From Mustelus asterias (Eukaryota): a stretch of 64,000 bases of DNA. The stretch spans positions 29,078,001-29,142,000 of the forward strand of contig NC_135801.1 of NCBI RefSeq assembly GCF_964213995.1, read 5' to 3'. Both the position numbers and the translations under genes were made by a program. Below the pieces are notes generated by a model. The model made no database searches. It saw only the letters and a program-made list of their open reading frames with translations, and was not told the DNA's origin. Shown piece after piece: positions 12,173 to 25,228 of the stretch; positions within the stretch are counted from its first letter, which is position 1, and each line of letters begins with the position of its first letter.

Positions 12173-12636
12173 TAGAATCCAAATGGGAGTCCCCAAACGG
12201 CTTTTACGCCAACAGGATTTCCCCGCTCCCCACTAATGACATAATGGGGCTCTTGCCAGTATCATTAGTGGGCCTCCCCACTCTATCATTCTTCCCTCAC
12301 ATTAGGAGTTCCCCCTCCTGCTGATGTGTTGTGAAGTTGATGGGGTTTACATTTAAAAAAAAGCAGGGGAGGTGGTGGTTATTGTTGGAGCAATGAGCGA
12401 TTCCCAGCAGTGGGGAGGGAGCCTTTTTATTATTTTTATTTTCAGGGCGCCCTCGATCTCTTGAAGACCGAGGCTGCTGGCAGGGCAGGCTCACGTCAAG
12501 GGATCTGCCTCCAGGATTTTTTTTGATTGAGTGTCAAAACATGTGGTGGGAAAAACTAGCAGTGGAGCTGGTGGGCTACACACTGCTTTGGTAGTAAGTC
12601 TTTAAAAAAAACCTGAAAATTCCACCCAAAGTCGCT

Positions 12637-13130
12637 GGACGGGATCTTGATCCCATGGTCGCTGTCTGCAGGATCGGCAGCAGGGCTCAATATCCACCGA
12701 AACCCAGAAGTTGCAAATCTCGCTGGTGAGAAGGCAACTTTCAATTTTTTGCTACCAATATAATCAGGTTCATGCCCACAAGAGTGAACCTGATTTATAT
12801 ATATTTAAACACATTTCCATATGATTAAAAATGTTTCCCCCATATTTCCAAACCATGCCCATGTGACATACAACAGGTTCACCCAGTCATGAACCCGTCG
12901 AGGGATCTTCCGTAGGTCTAAAGGTAAATAAAGCACCCGTGTGAGGGGGACATGGCCAGGCAGTGCTCTGGCATTGCCCAGACAGTGCCCTAACATTGTC
13001 CACTGGCACAGGTTGGCACCATGCCCATGTCAACCTATGCCAGGGCAGACCCCTTATTTTGGGGGGGGGTTCATTTATACATGGTAGAATCTGGAGAGAA
13101 ACACTGCCATTTTTTGTTAAGATCCCCCCC
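12637..13130. mobile_element. Possible degenerate non-autonomous DNA transposon (MITE-like)
   Basis: Imperfect terminal inverted repeats ggacgggatcttga / ttaagatccccccc; no coding capacity. Confidence 0.35.
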
Positions 13131-13734
13131 CCCCCTTGAATACTGAAAACCAATATTGAAAACACAGAATAGTAATAAGTGATGGTGCGGACAGTGCAAT
13201 CACAAATCTGTAACAAATTCTGTAAACATGGTATTTATAAATCCAAATGACCAAAGTTATATCTGGAACAGTGCAGAATACGAGTATTTATTTCTTAGAA
13301 TTTTAGGAATCCACATCACATTCTTTTGGTTTTTTCACAGCAATGTTATTTAGCTGATATGGTAAAATAAGAATGTTGAAACCCAGTAAATACCAAATAT
13401 GTTATGCCTTCTAAGAAATACTTGTGATTTCCAATTGGAGCCTCACACATTTTGAAGAAACTTGCTAAAATAGAAAATATTTTAATTTTTGAACACAATC
13501 CAAACAGAGAAATCAAAAAGTCAACTGACTCCACTAGAATGCCCGTCTTGTAACCACTGTTAAAACGCAGTTACTTATTGTATAAAGACAAATAGTCAAG
13601 ACACACACCATCACTTATTTGTGTGTTTGTGTTTTATATAAAATGTACACACATACATATACATGATTTAAAAAGACACATAGACAGAAACGAAGGAGGA
13701 AATTCTGATCTGTACAACATCAGTAATTTAACTA

Positions 13735-13875
<141 letters not shown>

Positions 13876-14102
13876 TCAATCAACCATCACAGAATTTTAA
13901 GTAATTCAAGAAGTAAAAAATAGCAACAATCAAGCTCAGGATAAAGGTTGCAGACTGAAAACAATTGACTTATGCATGTATTCAGAATAGCTTATTTGCA
14001 ACTAATAAGTTCGGAGTGATTACATCAACATTATTGCTAATTTTCTACCTTAATTTGTTCTAGTTGTAGTTTGTCATTGGTGAAATAGAAGATAGCAAGA
14101 TA

Positions 14103-14402
14103 AGGGCAACACGGTGGCACAATAGTTAGCACTGCTACTTCAGCGCCAAGGACCTGGGTTCGATTCCGGCCTTGGTCTGTCTGTATGAAATTTGCACGTT
14201 CTCCTCGTGTCTGCGTGGGTTTCTTCCGGGTGCTCCAGTTTCCTCCAGTCCAAAGATGTGCAGAGTAGGTGGATTAGCCATGGTAAATGCGTGGCGTTAC
14301 GAGGATGGGAGGAGGATAGGCACAGGTAAGATGCTCTTGCAGAGAGTTGATGCAGACTCGATGGGCTGAATGGCTTCCTTCTGCATTATAGGGATTCTAT
14401 GA
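14103..14402 (+). mobile_element. HE1/V-type SINE with CR1-like tail
   Basis: gggcaacacggtggcacaatagttagcactgct...ggttcgattcc...gatgggctgaatggcttccttctgcattatagggattctatg. Confidence 0.88.
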
Positions 14403-16381
14403 ACTGCATTTCATCATGGAATCCTAGCTGAACGATATTTCCGTCAGTGACAATATATCTCCCAGATGGCATACAACTGAAATTCATTTTTATTCCCTAT
14501 CCCTCCCCTCTTACGGAAAATGAATTACCCGCATAGGCTGCATGATGCTAAAACTCAGTAGAAGCTTTCATTTTGCTGCCTCAGCTGCCATTATCAATAC
14601 AGAAAACACTAACTGTTCTTATTCATTTAATAAAGAAAAATCATTTGAACCTAAATGTGTTTTTGTGCAGACAAGAAGCCTTAGATTTGTCACAAAGCAA
14701 AACTAGGGCAGTCCTTAACATAACATTCTGAGGCAATTTTACCAAACAAATCACAATGCATAGAAGGAAGTTTGCATTTTGCACTTGGCAAATCCACTTA
14801 AAACGAAAATGTGAGTTTTGCAAAGAATTAGGTTCGATGCTGGTTTCTATGATACAATCAGCACTCACACCACCACCACCACCCACCCCACACACAAAGA
14901 AAAATGCAAAAGTAGATCATGGCCCAGAACATCCAGTCAGCGCTGCCTGCAAGTCTTTTCCCACTCGACAATACTACCCACTTTCAGCCATGTCTTCCAA
15001 TCCCAACTGAGGCAGAAATGGAGCAGAGAATTCATCCCAGCGAAGGCCAGTGACCAGAGGAGAGTCAAGGGAGAGGACACAACCCATTTTATGACTGTAG
15101 CTGTTAGATTTTTAAGGTCTCAAGTCTTATAATGAACGAGTGTGGGTGAGCGAGTGTGCAGGTGGGTGAGTGAGCGGGTGAAATGAGGGCATGGGGATGA
15201 GGGTGGGGAGCATGGAGGCAAGGGCATGGGTAAGGTAATGTGTGAAGGTTTTAGCGAATGGGTGAAGGGTTAGTGAATGTGTGATGGACAAGGAAGTTAA
15301 TGAATGGTGTGCTGGGTCAATGCGTGGATACTAGTGTGGGGGTGTTAGGTTGGGGGGTAATCGGAGGGGATATTTGTGAGGAATAGTTTGGTATGGTGAG
15401 GTAGATGAATCTGGTTAGGGCGGGAGGGGGGTGGAATAGTTGGGTCTGGTTGAGGGGAGGGCAGTTCTGGATGGGGAGGTGTTAGCGGGCTCTCGTCGTT
15501 GTGTGAAGGGTGGGTGATCAGCCCTGGTCTTTGGGTAGTAAAGTCAAGGGGGAGGGGAGTTGGGTGATTAGGGTTGTCAGTTGTGAAGCTCACTTGAGCT
15601 AATCACAAAGTTTGATCAGTTATTAAACTGTGTAATATTTCCTGAGTAAGTAATGCAGATGTGTCCCATGGATCTTGCTAAGGTTCCCGCCCTGAGCTTA
15701 GTGTCAGAGGCTTTTGTGGGGGGCCCAGGCCACGCAAACATGTTCACTGCAGAATTAAACATCCTGGGAAATTTCCACATATGTGCGCACAAAGGGTCCT
15801 GATGTGCATCTTCCAATTTGATGATCTGCAGAGTGGAAGATGTGGTGTAAATTTGATGTACCTTTTCAACAACTTAATTTCTCGAGATGTACTCTGGAAA
15901 TTGTCTGCTGGACACTCTTTTACATGAAGATTATTAGTTCAGGACCACTGAGTCAGTTATCAGCTGAAATAAATTGCATACCTACATATTAAAATTTGTT
16001 AGCATCAGGTAACACATGCTGAAACCTCTATTCAGGTCAGTGAAACTTTGACATTTTTAAAAAAATGTTTGAAGTACTTTTCTTAGAACATTCCAGACAA
16101 ACACAAACATCTTCCTCCACCGGTTACACCACCAAAGAAAAATCACAATGGCTTAATAGGTTACAATTCAATTTTAAAAGTATTAAGCAAAGCATTGGAC
16201 GGGATGGGGTTGATGTTTAGCAGGCGGGAAACCCACAAGTATGGATTCTCGGAGGTCCTGCTAAGTATTAAAACACAACCCAATTTAAACTTTTTGACTT
16301 TGTTTCTTGGACAGATTCTGACGTTGTCTAACTGTTGAGCAAGTAGGCAGCCAAGCTGTAGAGCACAAGTGAGTCAGCTAT

Positions 16382-16662
16382 AAAGTTTAAAATTTATTTA
16401 TTTGTGTCAGAGGTAGACTTACATTAACACTGCAATGAAGTTACTGTAAAAATCCCCTAGTCGCCACACTCCGGCGCCTGTTCGGGTACACTGAGGGAGA
16501 ATTTAACATGGCCAATGCACTTGGCCAGCACATCTTTTGGACGTGGGAGGAAACTAGAGCACCCGGTGGAAACCGACGCAGATATGGGGAGAACATGCAA
16601 ACTGCACACAGACAGTGACCCGGAATTAAACCCGGATCCCTGGCATTGTAAGGCAGCAGTGT
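16382..16662 (-). mobile_element. HE1/V-type SINE, 'tail B' subfamily
   Basis: Same head/core as the other SINEs; tail matches the copy at 3503. Confidence 0.85.
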
Positions 16663-18473
16663 TGGGGTGCGGTGGGTGTAAGTTGGATATCAGAGGTAGA
16701 GAGGTGAGCTGGTCATTGGAGGTTGGATATGGAGGGGGTGGTGAAGGGCATTATACAGCACACCTCCGGTAAGTCCAGAAGTGGAGCTGGGTTGTGCTCA
16801 CCTTCCAAAACTACCACGTACCCCTCACCCCCCCCTCCATTGAACTTCCCACCTCCCCATTGCTCTCCACTATGAGATGATGGCTGATCTGTGACCTAAC
16901 TAATTATACCCATCTTTGTCCCATATCTCTTAACCTTGCATATCCTCTGATTCACTGCATATTTATCTAATAAGTTGGCAACAAACCTTTCAGTTTGCCA
17001 AGGAATATTAACATCCTGAGCACACATTTTGGAAATACTTCACATGAGTGTGGTTGATGATTCCATGTCAGTTTTGTTGTCAGACTTTTCACAGACAGGA
17101 TTCCTTTTTAAAGGGCCCGTTTTTCAAGCAAAAACATTAGTGGATTGGACACAATGCTATCAATCTATTGCAAATGCGTAACTCTAGTTTTACATGCAAA
17201 ATATTAGAGGAAAGGAGAAAATACAGAGGATGTATCAATAATCTAGAATTGGGTAACATGTGAAGATACAAATAAAGCATTTATAATACCCAACCAGAAA
17301 TCCGGAAAAATAAGTTTCATGTTTTAATGTAAAACTACAGTTACACATTTGCAATAGATTGATAGCATTAAGACTAAATCATTTGTATTTTGGATGAAAA
17401 ATGTGCTCTTCAAAAAAAAAGGAATTTTGTCTGTGAAAAGTTTGGCAGCAAAAGTGCACGTCACATGGAATTATCACACTAATTTGAAACATTCCCAAAA
17501 TGTGACGAATATACAAGAAATGCGGTTTCCAGGTGTAATGTTACTAGTTTCCCAACAGCTGCACAATGTTCAAAATATTCAATTTTTCCATCTTTTAATT
17601 GTAGGCTAAAATTGCCCTTACACAAACCATAATTTGCCATCCTTTCTTTCTCAGTCTGCATACAATGTAAACTTGAATGCCTGCTACAAAAGGAGGCCTA
17701 AATTCAACTGTTTTTGTAAATCCAGCAAGTCCTTCGAATCAATTTGTAGATAGATTTCAGGTCCGGGCACAGCAAACCATACCATATGTAGACATCACCA
17801 AAGTGTGCATTATTTTTTTTTAAAAACAGGAATATAACATCTGCAAGCCACCTGGAACAGCTGGGATACATTCCACAACTTTTATGAAATTAAGTGGAAA
17901 AAAATAGATGATGTCAGTGTTAATATAATGGGAGTTTCACAAATACAGGACTTACTGCCAAGTACTTAATGATAATGATTTGCCATCTCAAATAGTCAAA
18001 AAATACAAATATAAAGCTGGTACTAATTAGCTTAACATATGTAGTGAAGGAAATGTCCAAGAATATTTTATGAGGTGGAATCAATGTCATCTAGTGTGCA
18101 GATGTTGTACACTTTAGATACCATGGATCGGCAAACAATAAAACGTTCATGCATCATAAACCTATTGGAACTCCCTGAAATGAAAACTAAATTAGTGGAT
18201 GTGGTCATTCAATAGATACAATTTTTTGAGGGTGAGGTTAGCATAATTGGCTTGAGTTAGGGGGATCAAAAAATATTGGATATTCTCCCAGTGAAATTCT
18301 GAGTTTTTGGTCCCCTATTATAGATATGGAGCAGTTTTTTATGCAATCATTTTTGATGATGCAAATCTCTGTGGGCAATTAAATAAGCACAGCTTTTGCA
18401 AATTCACAATATTTCATACTACCTCACATGGAGAAACTGAGCAAATGAAGCCGTACTTACAAAGGCAACTTAC

Positions 18474-18556
18474 CGACATGGTAAAATTCTCACAACATCA
18501 TTTGGCCTGTAGCCTTCAATACAAACAGCACAATTATCAAAGTCTGATTCAGTTTC
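18474..18556 (-). CDS. RNF150: RNF150 coding exon (first half of RING-H2), probably exon 4
   Basis: 83-nt exon, ccatag|GAAACT...TGTCG|gtaagt, phase 0->2. Translates ETESDFDNCAVCIEGYRPNDVVRILPC(R), which contains the CxxC and LPC of the RING. Confidence 0.96.
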
Positions 18557-19189
18557 CTATGGGGGGAAAATATTAAAGAGACAGAATTAAAACTATGCAC
18601 AACCATATTATTCTAAGTAAACCACGTACATGATCTACTAGGGCTTTCTACTATTGTTAAAAAATACACCAATATAAAACATAACACATTTTAAGGAAAC
18701 CTGAAATATAATTAGCAGCAGTTAAAATCTCAGAAGTGGTTCATTTGAATCGCATCCTTTGGGCCCAACTGGAATTCTACTGAGTCTTAACATAGTAGAA
18801 ATTTGGGACAGCAGATCACTGCCCCATAGCACAAAGAGAACATGAAGCAGTGCCCTCAGGTCCTGATCTCAGCTGCTAAAACTGTTTGTTTATCATTCCA
18901 GAATCATCCTGGAACGCAAATATCACCCCCGGCTTCTTTTCATTACTGCAAACTGTCTTCTTAAATACCTCCATCCTCCCCCAGTCCCCTCCACCCTCCT
19001 CCAGTCCCCTCCACCCTCACCTCCAACAATAAGTGCAAGCAATTCATGGAATTCTATGTCACTGATGGTGAGAGCATTCTAACAGTTACCGCTACCACAT
19101 CCTTCCCTCCCACTGGTCTAACAGATCATACATGCTCCAAAATTAGTCCTGCCCTAGCCCTGAATGTACGTCCAATGCATTTCTGATTA

Positions 19190-19680
19190 GTCTCCCACAT
19201 TCTACCCTCTGTAACCTTGAGGTCATCCAGAACTCTTCTGCTGGCATCCTTACTTGCACCAAGTCCAGTGCTTGCTGACCTACATCGGCTTCCAGTTAAG
19301 CAAAACATTTTCATCCTTGTTTTCAAAATCCTCGATGATCTCACCCCTCCCTCCTGTTCCTCCAGCTACATGCTCTTCCGAGATATCTGTGCTCATCTAA
19401 TTCTGGCCTCTTGATTTTCGCCAATTTTAATTGCTCCAACAATGTTCACAATGCTTTCAGCTAACTAAGTCACAAGCTCTGGAATTCCCCTCCTTAAACG
19501 TTCTTCCTCTCTAGTTCCCATTCTACCTCGAAGATGTTCCTCAAAAACTACCCCTTTGACCAGATGTTTGGCCATTTGCCCTCATGTGGCTCAGTGTCTA
19601 ATTACACACTGTAATGCTGCCATGAAGAATCTTGGGCATTTTATTACGTTAAAGGCACTATATAAATGCAAGTCATTGAA
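19190..19680 (+). mobile_element. L2-like LINE 3' relic
   Basis: ccagtgcttgctgacctacatcggcttccag (PVLADLHRLP)...aagctctggaattcc...aaaggcactatataaatgcaagt; related copies at ~24490, ~36860 and ~49290. Confidence 0.65.
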
Positions 19681-19891
19681 AAAATTGTAACTGAGGCAGG
19701 TCTTGCAACACGGAAATCTTCAGCTGGTTTTCAAGTGCAGCAGATAATCCAGCTGAGGAGTTTCTGATGGCTTGGATTCCCATCCCATTCCCTTTCCCAA
19801 GCTTGGTGTCAGCACTAGTGAGGATCTACTAGACAAGACAAGGAGCAGGCGGGCGCAGGAGGCAGGCGGGAGGGTGCGGGGCAGGGCAGGC

Positions 19892-22800
19892 AGAGCGAGG
19901 GGGAGGGGCGAGCGAGGGGGAGGGGCGAGCGAGGGGGAGGGGCGAGCGAGGGGGAGGGGCGAGCGAGGGGGAGGGGCGAGCGAGGGGGAGGGGCGAGCGA
20001 GGGGGAGGGGCGAGCGAGGGGGAGGGGCGAGCGAGGGGGAGGGGCGAGCGAGGGGGAGGGGCGAGCGAGGGGGAGGGGCGAGCGAGGGGGAGGGGCGAGC
20101 GAGGGGGAGGGGCGAGCGAGGGGGAGGGGCGAGCGAGGGGGAGGGGCGAGCGAGGGGGAGGGGCGAGCGAGGGGGAGGGGCGAGCGAGGGGGAGGGGCGA
20201 GCGAGGGGGAGGGGCGAGCGAGGGGGAGGGGCGAGCGAGGGGGAGGGGCGAGCGAGGGGGAGGGGCGAGCGAGGGGGAGGGGCGAGCGAGGGGGAGGGGC
20301 GAGCGAGGGGGAGGGGCGAGCGAGGGGGAGGGGCGAGCGAGGGGGAGGGGCGAGCGAGGGGGAGGGGCGAGCGAGGGGGAGGGGGCGGGGAGGGGGCGAG
20401 GGAGGGGGAGGGGGCGAGGGAGGGAGGGGGGCGAGGGAGGGAGGGGGGCGAGGGAGGGAGGGGGGCGAGGGGGGCGAGGGAGGGAGGGGGGCGAGGGGGG
20501 CGAGGGAGGGAGGGGGGCGAGGGAGGGAGGGGGGCGAGGGAGGGAGGGGGGCGAGGGAGGGAGGGGGGCGAGGGAGGGAGGGGGGCGAGGGAGGGAGGGG
20601 GGCGAGGGAGGGAGGGGGGCGAGGGAGGGAGGGGGGCGAGGGAGGGAGGGGGGCGAGGGAGGGAGGGGGCGAGGGAGGGAGGGGGCGAGGGAGGGAGGGG
20701 GCGAGGGAGGGAGGGGGCGAGGGAGGGAGGGGGGCGAGGGAGGGAGGGGGGCGAGGGAGGGAGGGGGGCGAGGGAGGGAGGGGGGCGAGGGAGGGAGGGG
20801 GGCGAGGGAGGGAGGGGGGCGAGGGAGGGAGGGGGGCGAGGGAGGGAGGGGGGCGAGGGAGGGAGGGGGGCGAGGGAGGGAGGGGGGCGAGGGAGGGAGG
20901 GGGGCGAGGGAGGGAGGGGGGCGAGGGAGGGAGGGGGGCGAGGGAGGGAGGGGGGCGAGGGAGGGAGGGGGGCGTGGGTGGGAGGGGGGCGAGGGAGGGG
21001 GAGGGGCGAGCGAGGGGGAGGGGCGAGCGAGGGGGAGGGGCGAGCGAGGGGGAGGGGCGAGCGAGGGGGAGGGGCGAGCGAGGGGGAGGGGCGAGCGAGG
21101 GGGAGGGGCGAGCGAGGGGGAGGGGCGAGCGAGGGGGAGGGGCGAGCGAGGGGGAGGGGCGAGCGAGGGGGAGGGGCGAGCGAGGGGGAGGGGCGAGCGA
21201 GGGGGAGGGGCGAGCGAGGGGGAGGGGCGAGCGAGGGGGAGGGGCGAGCGAGGGGGAGGGGCGAGCGAGGGGGAGGGGCGAGCGAGGGGGAGGGGCGAGC
21301 GAGGGGGAGGGGGCGGGGAGGGGGCGAGGGAGGGGGAGGGGGCGAGGGAGGGAGGGGGGCGAGGGAGGGAGGGGGGCGAGGGAGGGAGGGGGGCGAGGGA
21401 GGGAGGGGGGCGAGGGGGGCGAGGGAGGGAGGGGGGCGAGGGGGGCGAGGGAGGGAGGGGGGCGAGGGAGGGAGGGGGGCGAGGGAGGGAGGGGGGCGAG
21501 CGAGGGAGGGGGGCGAGGGAGGGAGGGGGGCGAGGGAGGGAGGGGGGCGAGGGAGGGAGGGGGGCGAGGGAGGGAGGGGGGCGAGGGAGGGAGGGGGGCG
21601 AGGGAGGGTGGGGGGCGAGGGAGGGTGGGGGGCGAGGGAGGGAGGGGGCGAGGGAGGGAGGGGGCGAGGGAGGGAGGGGGGCGAGGGAGGGAGGGGGGCG
21701 AGGGAGGGAGGGGGGCGAGGGAGGGAGGGGGGCGAGGGAGGGAGGGGGGCGAGGGAGGGAGGGGGGCGAGGGAGGGAGGGGGGCGAGGGAGGGAGGGGGG
21801 CGAGGGAGGGAGGGGGGCGAGGGAGGGAGGGGGGCGAGGGAGGGAGGGGGGCGAGGGAGGGAGGGGGGCGAGGGAGGGAGGGGGGCGAGGGAGGGAGGGG
21901 GGCGTGGGAGGGAGGGGGGCGAGGGAGGGAGGGGGGCGAGGGAGGGAGGGGGGCGAGGGAGGGAGGGGGGCGAGGGAGGGAGGGGGGCGAGGGAGGTAGG
22001 GGGCGAGGGAGGGAGGGGGCGAGGGAGGGTGGGGGCGAGGGAGGGAGGGGGGCGAGGGAGGGAGGGGGGCGAGGGAGGGAGGGGGGCGAGGGAGGGAGGG
22101 GGGCGAGGGAGGGAGGGGGGCGAGGGAGGGAGGGGGGCGAGGGAGGGAGGGGGGCGAGGGAGGGAGGGGGGCGAGGGAGGGAGGGGGGCGAGGGAGGGAG
22201 GGGGGCGAGGGAGGGAGGGGGGCGAGGGAGGGAGGGGGGCGAGGGAGGGAGGGGGGCGAGGGAGGGAGGGGGGCGAGGGAGGGAGGGGGGCGAGGGAGGG
22301 AGGGGGGCGAGGGAGGGAGGGGGGCGAGGGAGGGAGGGGGGCGAGGGAGGGAGGGGGGCGAGGGAGGGAGGGGGGCGAGGGAGGGAGGGGGGCGAGGGAG
22401 GGAGGGGGGCGAGGGAGGGAGGGGGGCGAGGGAGGGAGGGGGGCGAGGGAAGGAGGGCGGCGAGGGAGGGAGGGCGGCGAGGGAGGGAGGGCGGCGAGGG
22501 AGGGAGGGCGGCGAGGGAGGGAGGGCGGCGAGGGAGGGAGGGCGGCGAGGGAGGGAGGGCGGCGAGGGAGGGAGGGCGGCGAGGGAGGGAGGGCGGCGAG
22601 GGAGGGAGGGCGGCGAGGGAGGGAGGGCGGCGAGGGAGGGAGGGCGGCGAGGGAGGGAGGGCGGCGAGGGAGGGAGGGCGGCGAGGGAGGGAGGGCGGCG
22701 AGGGAGGGAGAGCGGCGAGGGAGGGAGGGCGGCGAGGGAGGGAGGGCGGCGAGGGAGGGAGGGCGGCGAGGGAGGGAGGGAGGGCGGCGAGGGAGGGAGG

Positions 22801-23428
22801 GAGGGCGGCGAGGGAGGGAGGGCGGCGAGGGAGGGAGGGAGGGCGGCGAGGGAGGGAGGGCGGCGAGGGAGGGAGGGCGGCGAGGGAGAGAGGGCGGCGA
22901 GGGAGGGAGGGCGGCGAGGGAGGGAGGGCGGCGAGGGAGGGAGGGCGGCGAGGGAGGGAGGGAGGGCGGCGAGGGAGGGAGGGAGGGCGGCGAGGGAGGG
23001 AGGGCGGCGAGGGAGGGAGGGCGGCGAGGGAGGGAGGGAGGGCGGCGAGGGAGGGAGGGCGGCGAGGGAGGGAGGGCGGCGAGGGAGGGAGGGCGGCGAG
23101 GGAGGGAGGGCGGCGAGGGAGGGAGGGCGGCGAGGGAGGGAGGGCGGCGAGGGAGGGAGGGCGGCGAGGGAGGGAGGGCGGCGAGGGAGGGAGGGCGGCG
23201 AGGGAGGGAGGGCGGCGAGGGAGGGAGGGCGGCGAGGGAGGGAGGGCGGCGAGGGAGGGAGGGCGGCGAGGGAGGGAGGGCGGCGAGGGAGGGCGGCGAG
23301 GGAGGGAGAGCGGCGAGGGAGGGAGAGCGGCGAGGGAGGGAGAGCGGCGAGGGAGGGAGAGCGGCGAGGGAGGGAGAGCGGCGAGGGAGGGAGAGCGGCG
23401 AGGGAGGGAGAGCGGCGAGGGAGGGAGA
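19892..23428 (+). repeat. G-rich 17-bp minisatellite array (~3.5 kb) with four unit variants
   Basis: Units GAGCGAGGGGGAGGGGC, GAGGGAGGGAGGGGGGC, GAGGGAGGGAGGGCGGC and GAGGGAGGGAGAGCGGC, each in blocks; almost no T on the + strand. Confidence 0.97.
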
Positions 23429-23672
23429 TACGCTAGTGTGTGTGAGGGAGATGAGAGTGTGTGTGGGATGAGAGCAAGTGTGTATGTGAGGTGAGTGTGT
23501 TTGTGAGAGAGATGAGACTGAGTGAGTGACTGAGTGTGCATGAGAGATGAGAGTGTGTGCTTGTGCCTAAAATGAGTATGTGAGTGCATTAGATGAGTGT
23601 GTAAGTGAGAGATGTGCATGAGAGATGGGAGTGTGTGTGCGTGTGAGAGCGATGGGAGTGTGAGAGAGACAT
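23429..23672 (+). repeat. Degenerate (GT/GA)n low-complexity tract adjoining the minisatellite
   Basis: gtgtgtgtgagggagatgagagtgtgtgtg... composition. Confidence 0.8.
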
Positions 23673-24267
23673 GAATGCATGTCTGTCCAATGATTCCAGC
23701 ATTCCAGCAGCATTCTTCCATTAATAATGACAAAAAGATAAAGTCTAAGTTGGTTTTCTAATCAGAGAACTTCCTAATTATACTAAATGTATACATAAGA
23801 AATAGAAAAGACTTTTATAAATGAGGTTTTGGATGTTTGTACATATTGCACAGAAACAGTCATTTTTTGTGGTTCAACTCAATAAGAATGCTTCTGCAGT
23901 CTTTGGAGACCAAAAAAGGTTCCGTGGCTGGAAAGATTTGGGAAACTCTGATTTAGGCCATTCGACTGGCAATGTTTGATTTGATTTGATTTATTATTGC
24001 CACATATATTAACATAGAGTGAAAAATATTGTTGCTATAATCCATGGAAAGAATAACATGGAGAAATGTGGCGGCTGTTATTACTTGAGGTATTTTTATA
24101 TCTGTGTGTTTGTGGAACGTGAGCATCACTGACAAGGTTAATACTTATTACTTGGAAAGGTCGAGCTGGTTAATAATGTTAGCAATGTCCATTGTAAAAT
24201 GAGGTGCCTGTTTTAGCAAGCAGAAAAGCAAACAAAATTGAGAGGGCTGATTTTTAAAAAGAATTAC

Positions 24268-24339
24268 CTTATCACCTTTCTTGATTGTTCTAATTTGAAG
24301 TTTTCCAATCGCCTTTTTAGCAGCATCTCCAAGACGACG
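24268..24339 (-). CDS. RNF150: RNF150 coding exon (juxtamembrane linker), probably exon 3
   Basis: 72-nt exon, tttttctag|CGTCGT...GATAAG|gtaatt, phase 0->0. Translates RRLGDAAKKAIGKLQIRTIKKGDK, which continues directly from ...ARDRNQ. Confidence 0.95.
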
Positions 24340-24676
24340 CTAGAAAAATAGAATAAAATATACCATTCATTACTCATGTATCAAGTAACCACCACTATAC
24401 ACTGTGGTTCAACATTCATAAAACTGGATGGGTAAATTTATAAAATCAATACAGTACATTTGAACCCTGCAACCTTCTCCCTCTTCCTGACCTTACTCAT
24501 TGCTCTAATTCTGCTCTCTAATGCATTTTTCTTGCTTCTTTTGCCCACCGTTGGGAGGCCATGTTTCAGTTGCCCAGGATCCATGCTCTGGAATTCCCTC
24601 CATGAACCTCGCTGCCTCCTTCCCTTTCTTTAAAACCCTCCTAAAAAAATGTCTTTGGCCAAGCCTTTGATAACTC

Positions 24677-25166
24677 AGGGGGCAGGGATTCGGGTTCCTG
24701 GATCATTGGGACCTCTTTAGGGGCAGGTGTGACCTGTATAAAAAAGACGGGTGGCACTTGAATCCCAGGGGGACCAATATCCTGGCAGGAAGGTTAGCTA
24801 AGGCTACTGGAGAGACTTTAAACTAGAAAGGTTGGGGGAGGGGGGAATCGAGATAAGGTGACTGGGAGCGAGGAGGGTAGCCCACAAATAGAGAGGGATT
24901 GTAGACAGCGTAAGAGGGAGAATAGACGGGTGATGGAGAAGGGAAGAGCTCAGACCAATGGTTTGAGATGTGTCTATTTTAATGCCAGGAGTGTAGTAAA
25001 TAAAGTGGATGAGCTTAGAGTGTGGATCGATGCTTGGAAGTGTGATGTGGTGGCCATTACGGAGACTTGGGGACAGGGACAGGACTGGATACTTCAGGTG
25101 CCAGGTTTCAGATGTTTCAGAAAGGACAGAGAGGGAGGCAGAAGAGGGGTGGGTGGGGGGGGGGGG

Positions 25167-25228
<62 letters not shown>

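Noticed and set aside
19892-23428. CRISPR-like array
   Set aside because: Pure tandem units with no unique spacers, in a vertebrate context with no cas genes.
19720-23733. 1337-aa Pro-rich, 1240-aa Gly/Arg/Glu-rich and nested long ORFs
   Set aside because: Artefacts of a stop-poor minisatellite: open in several frames on both strands, 17-bp period not a multiple of 3, and located in an intron.
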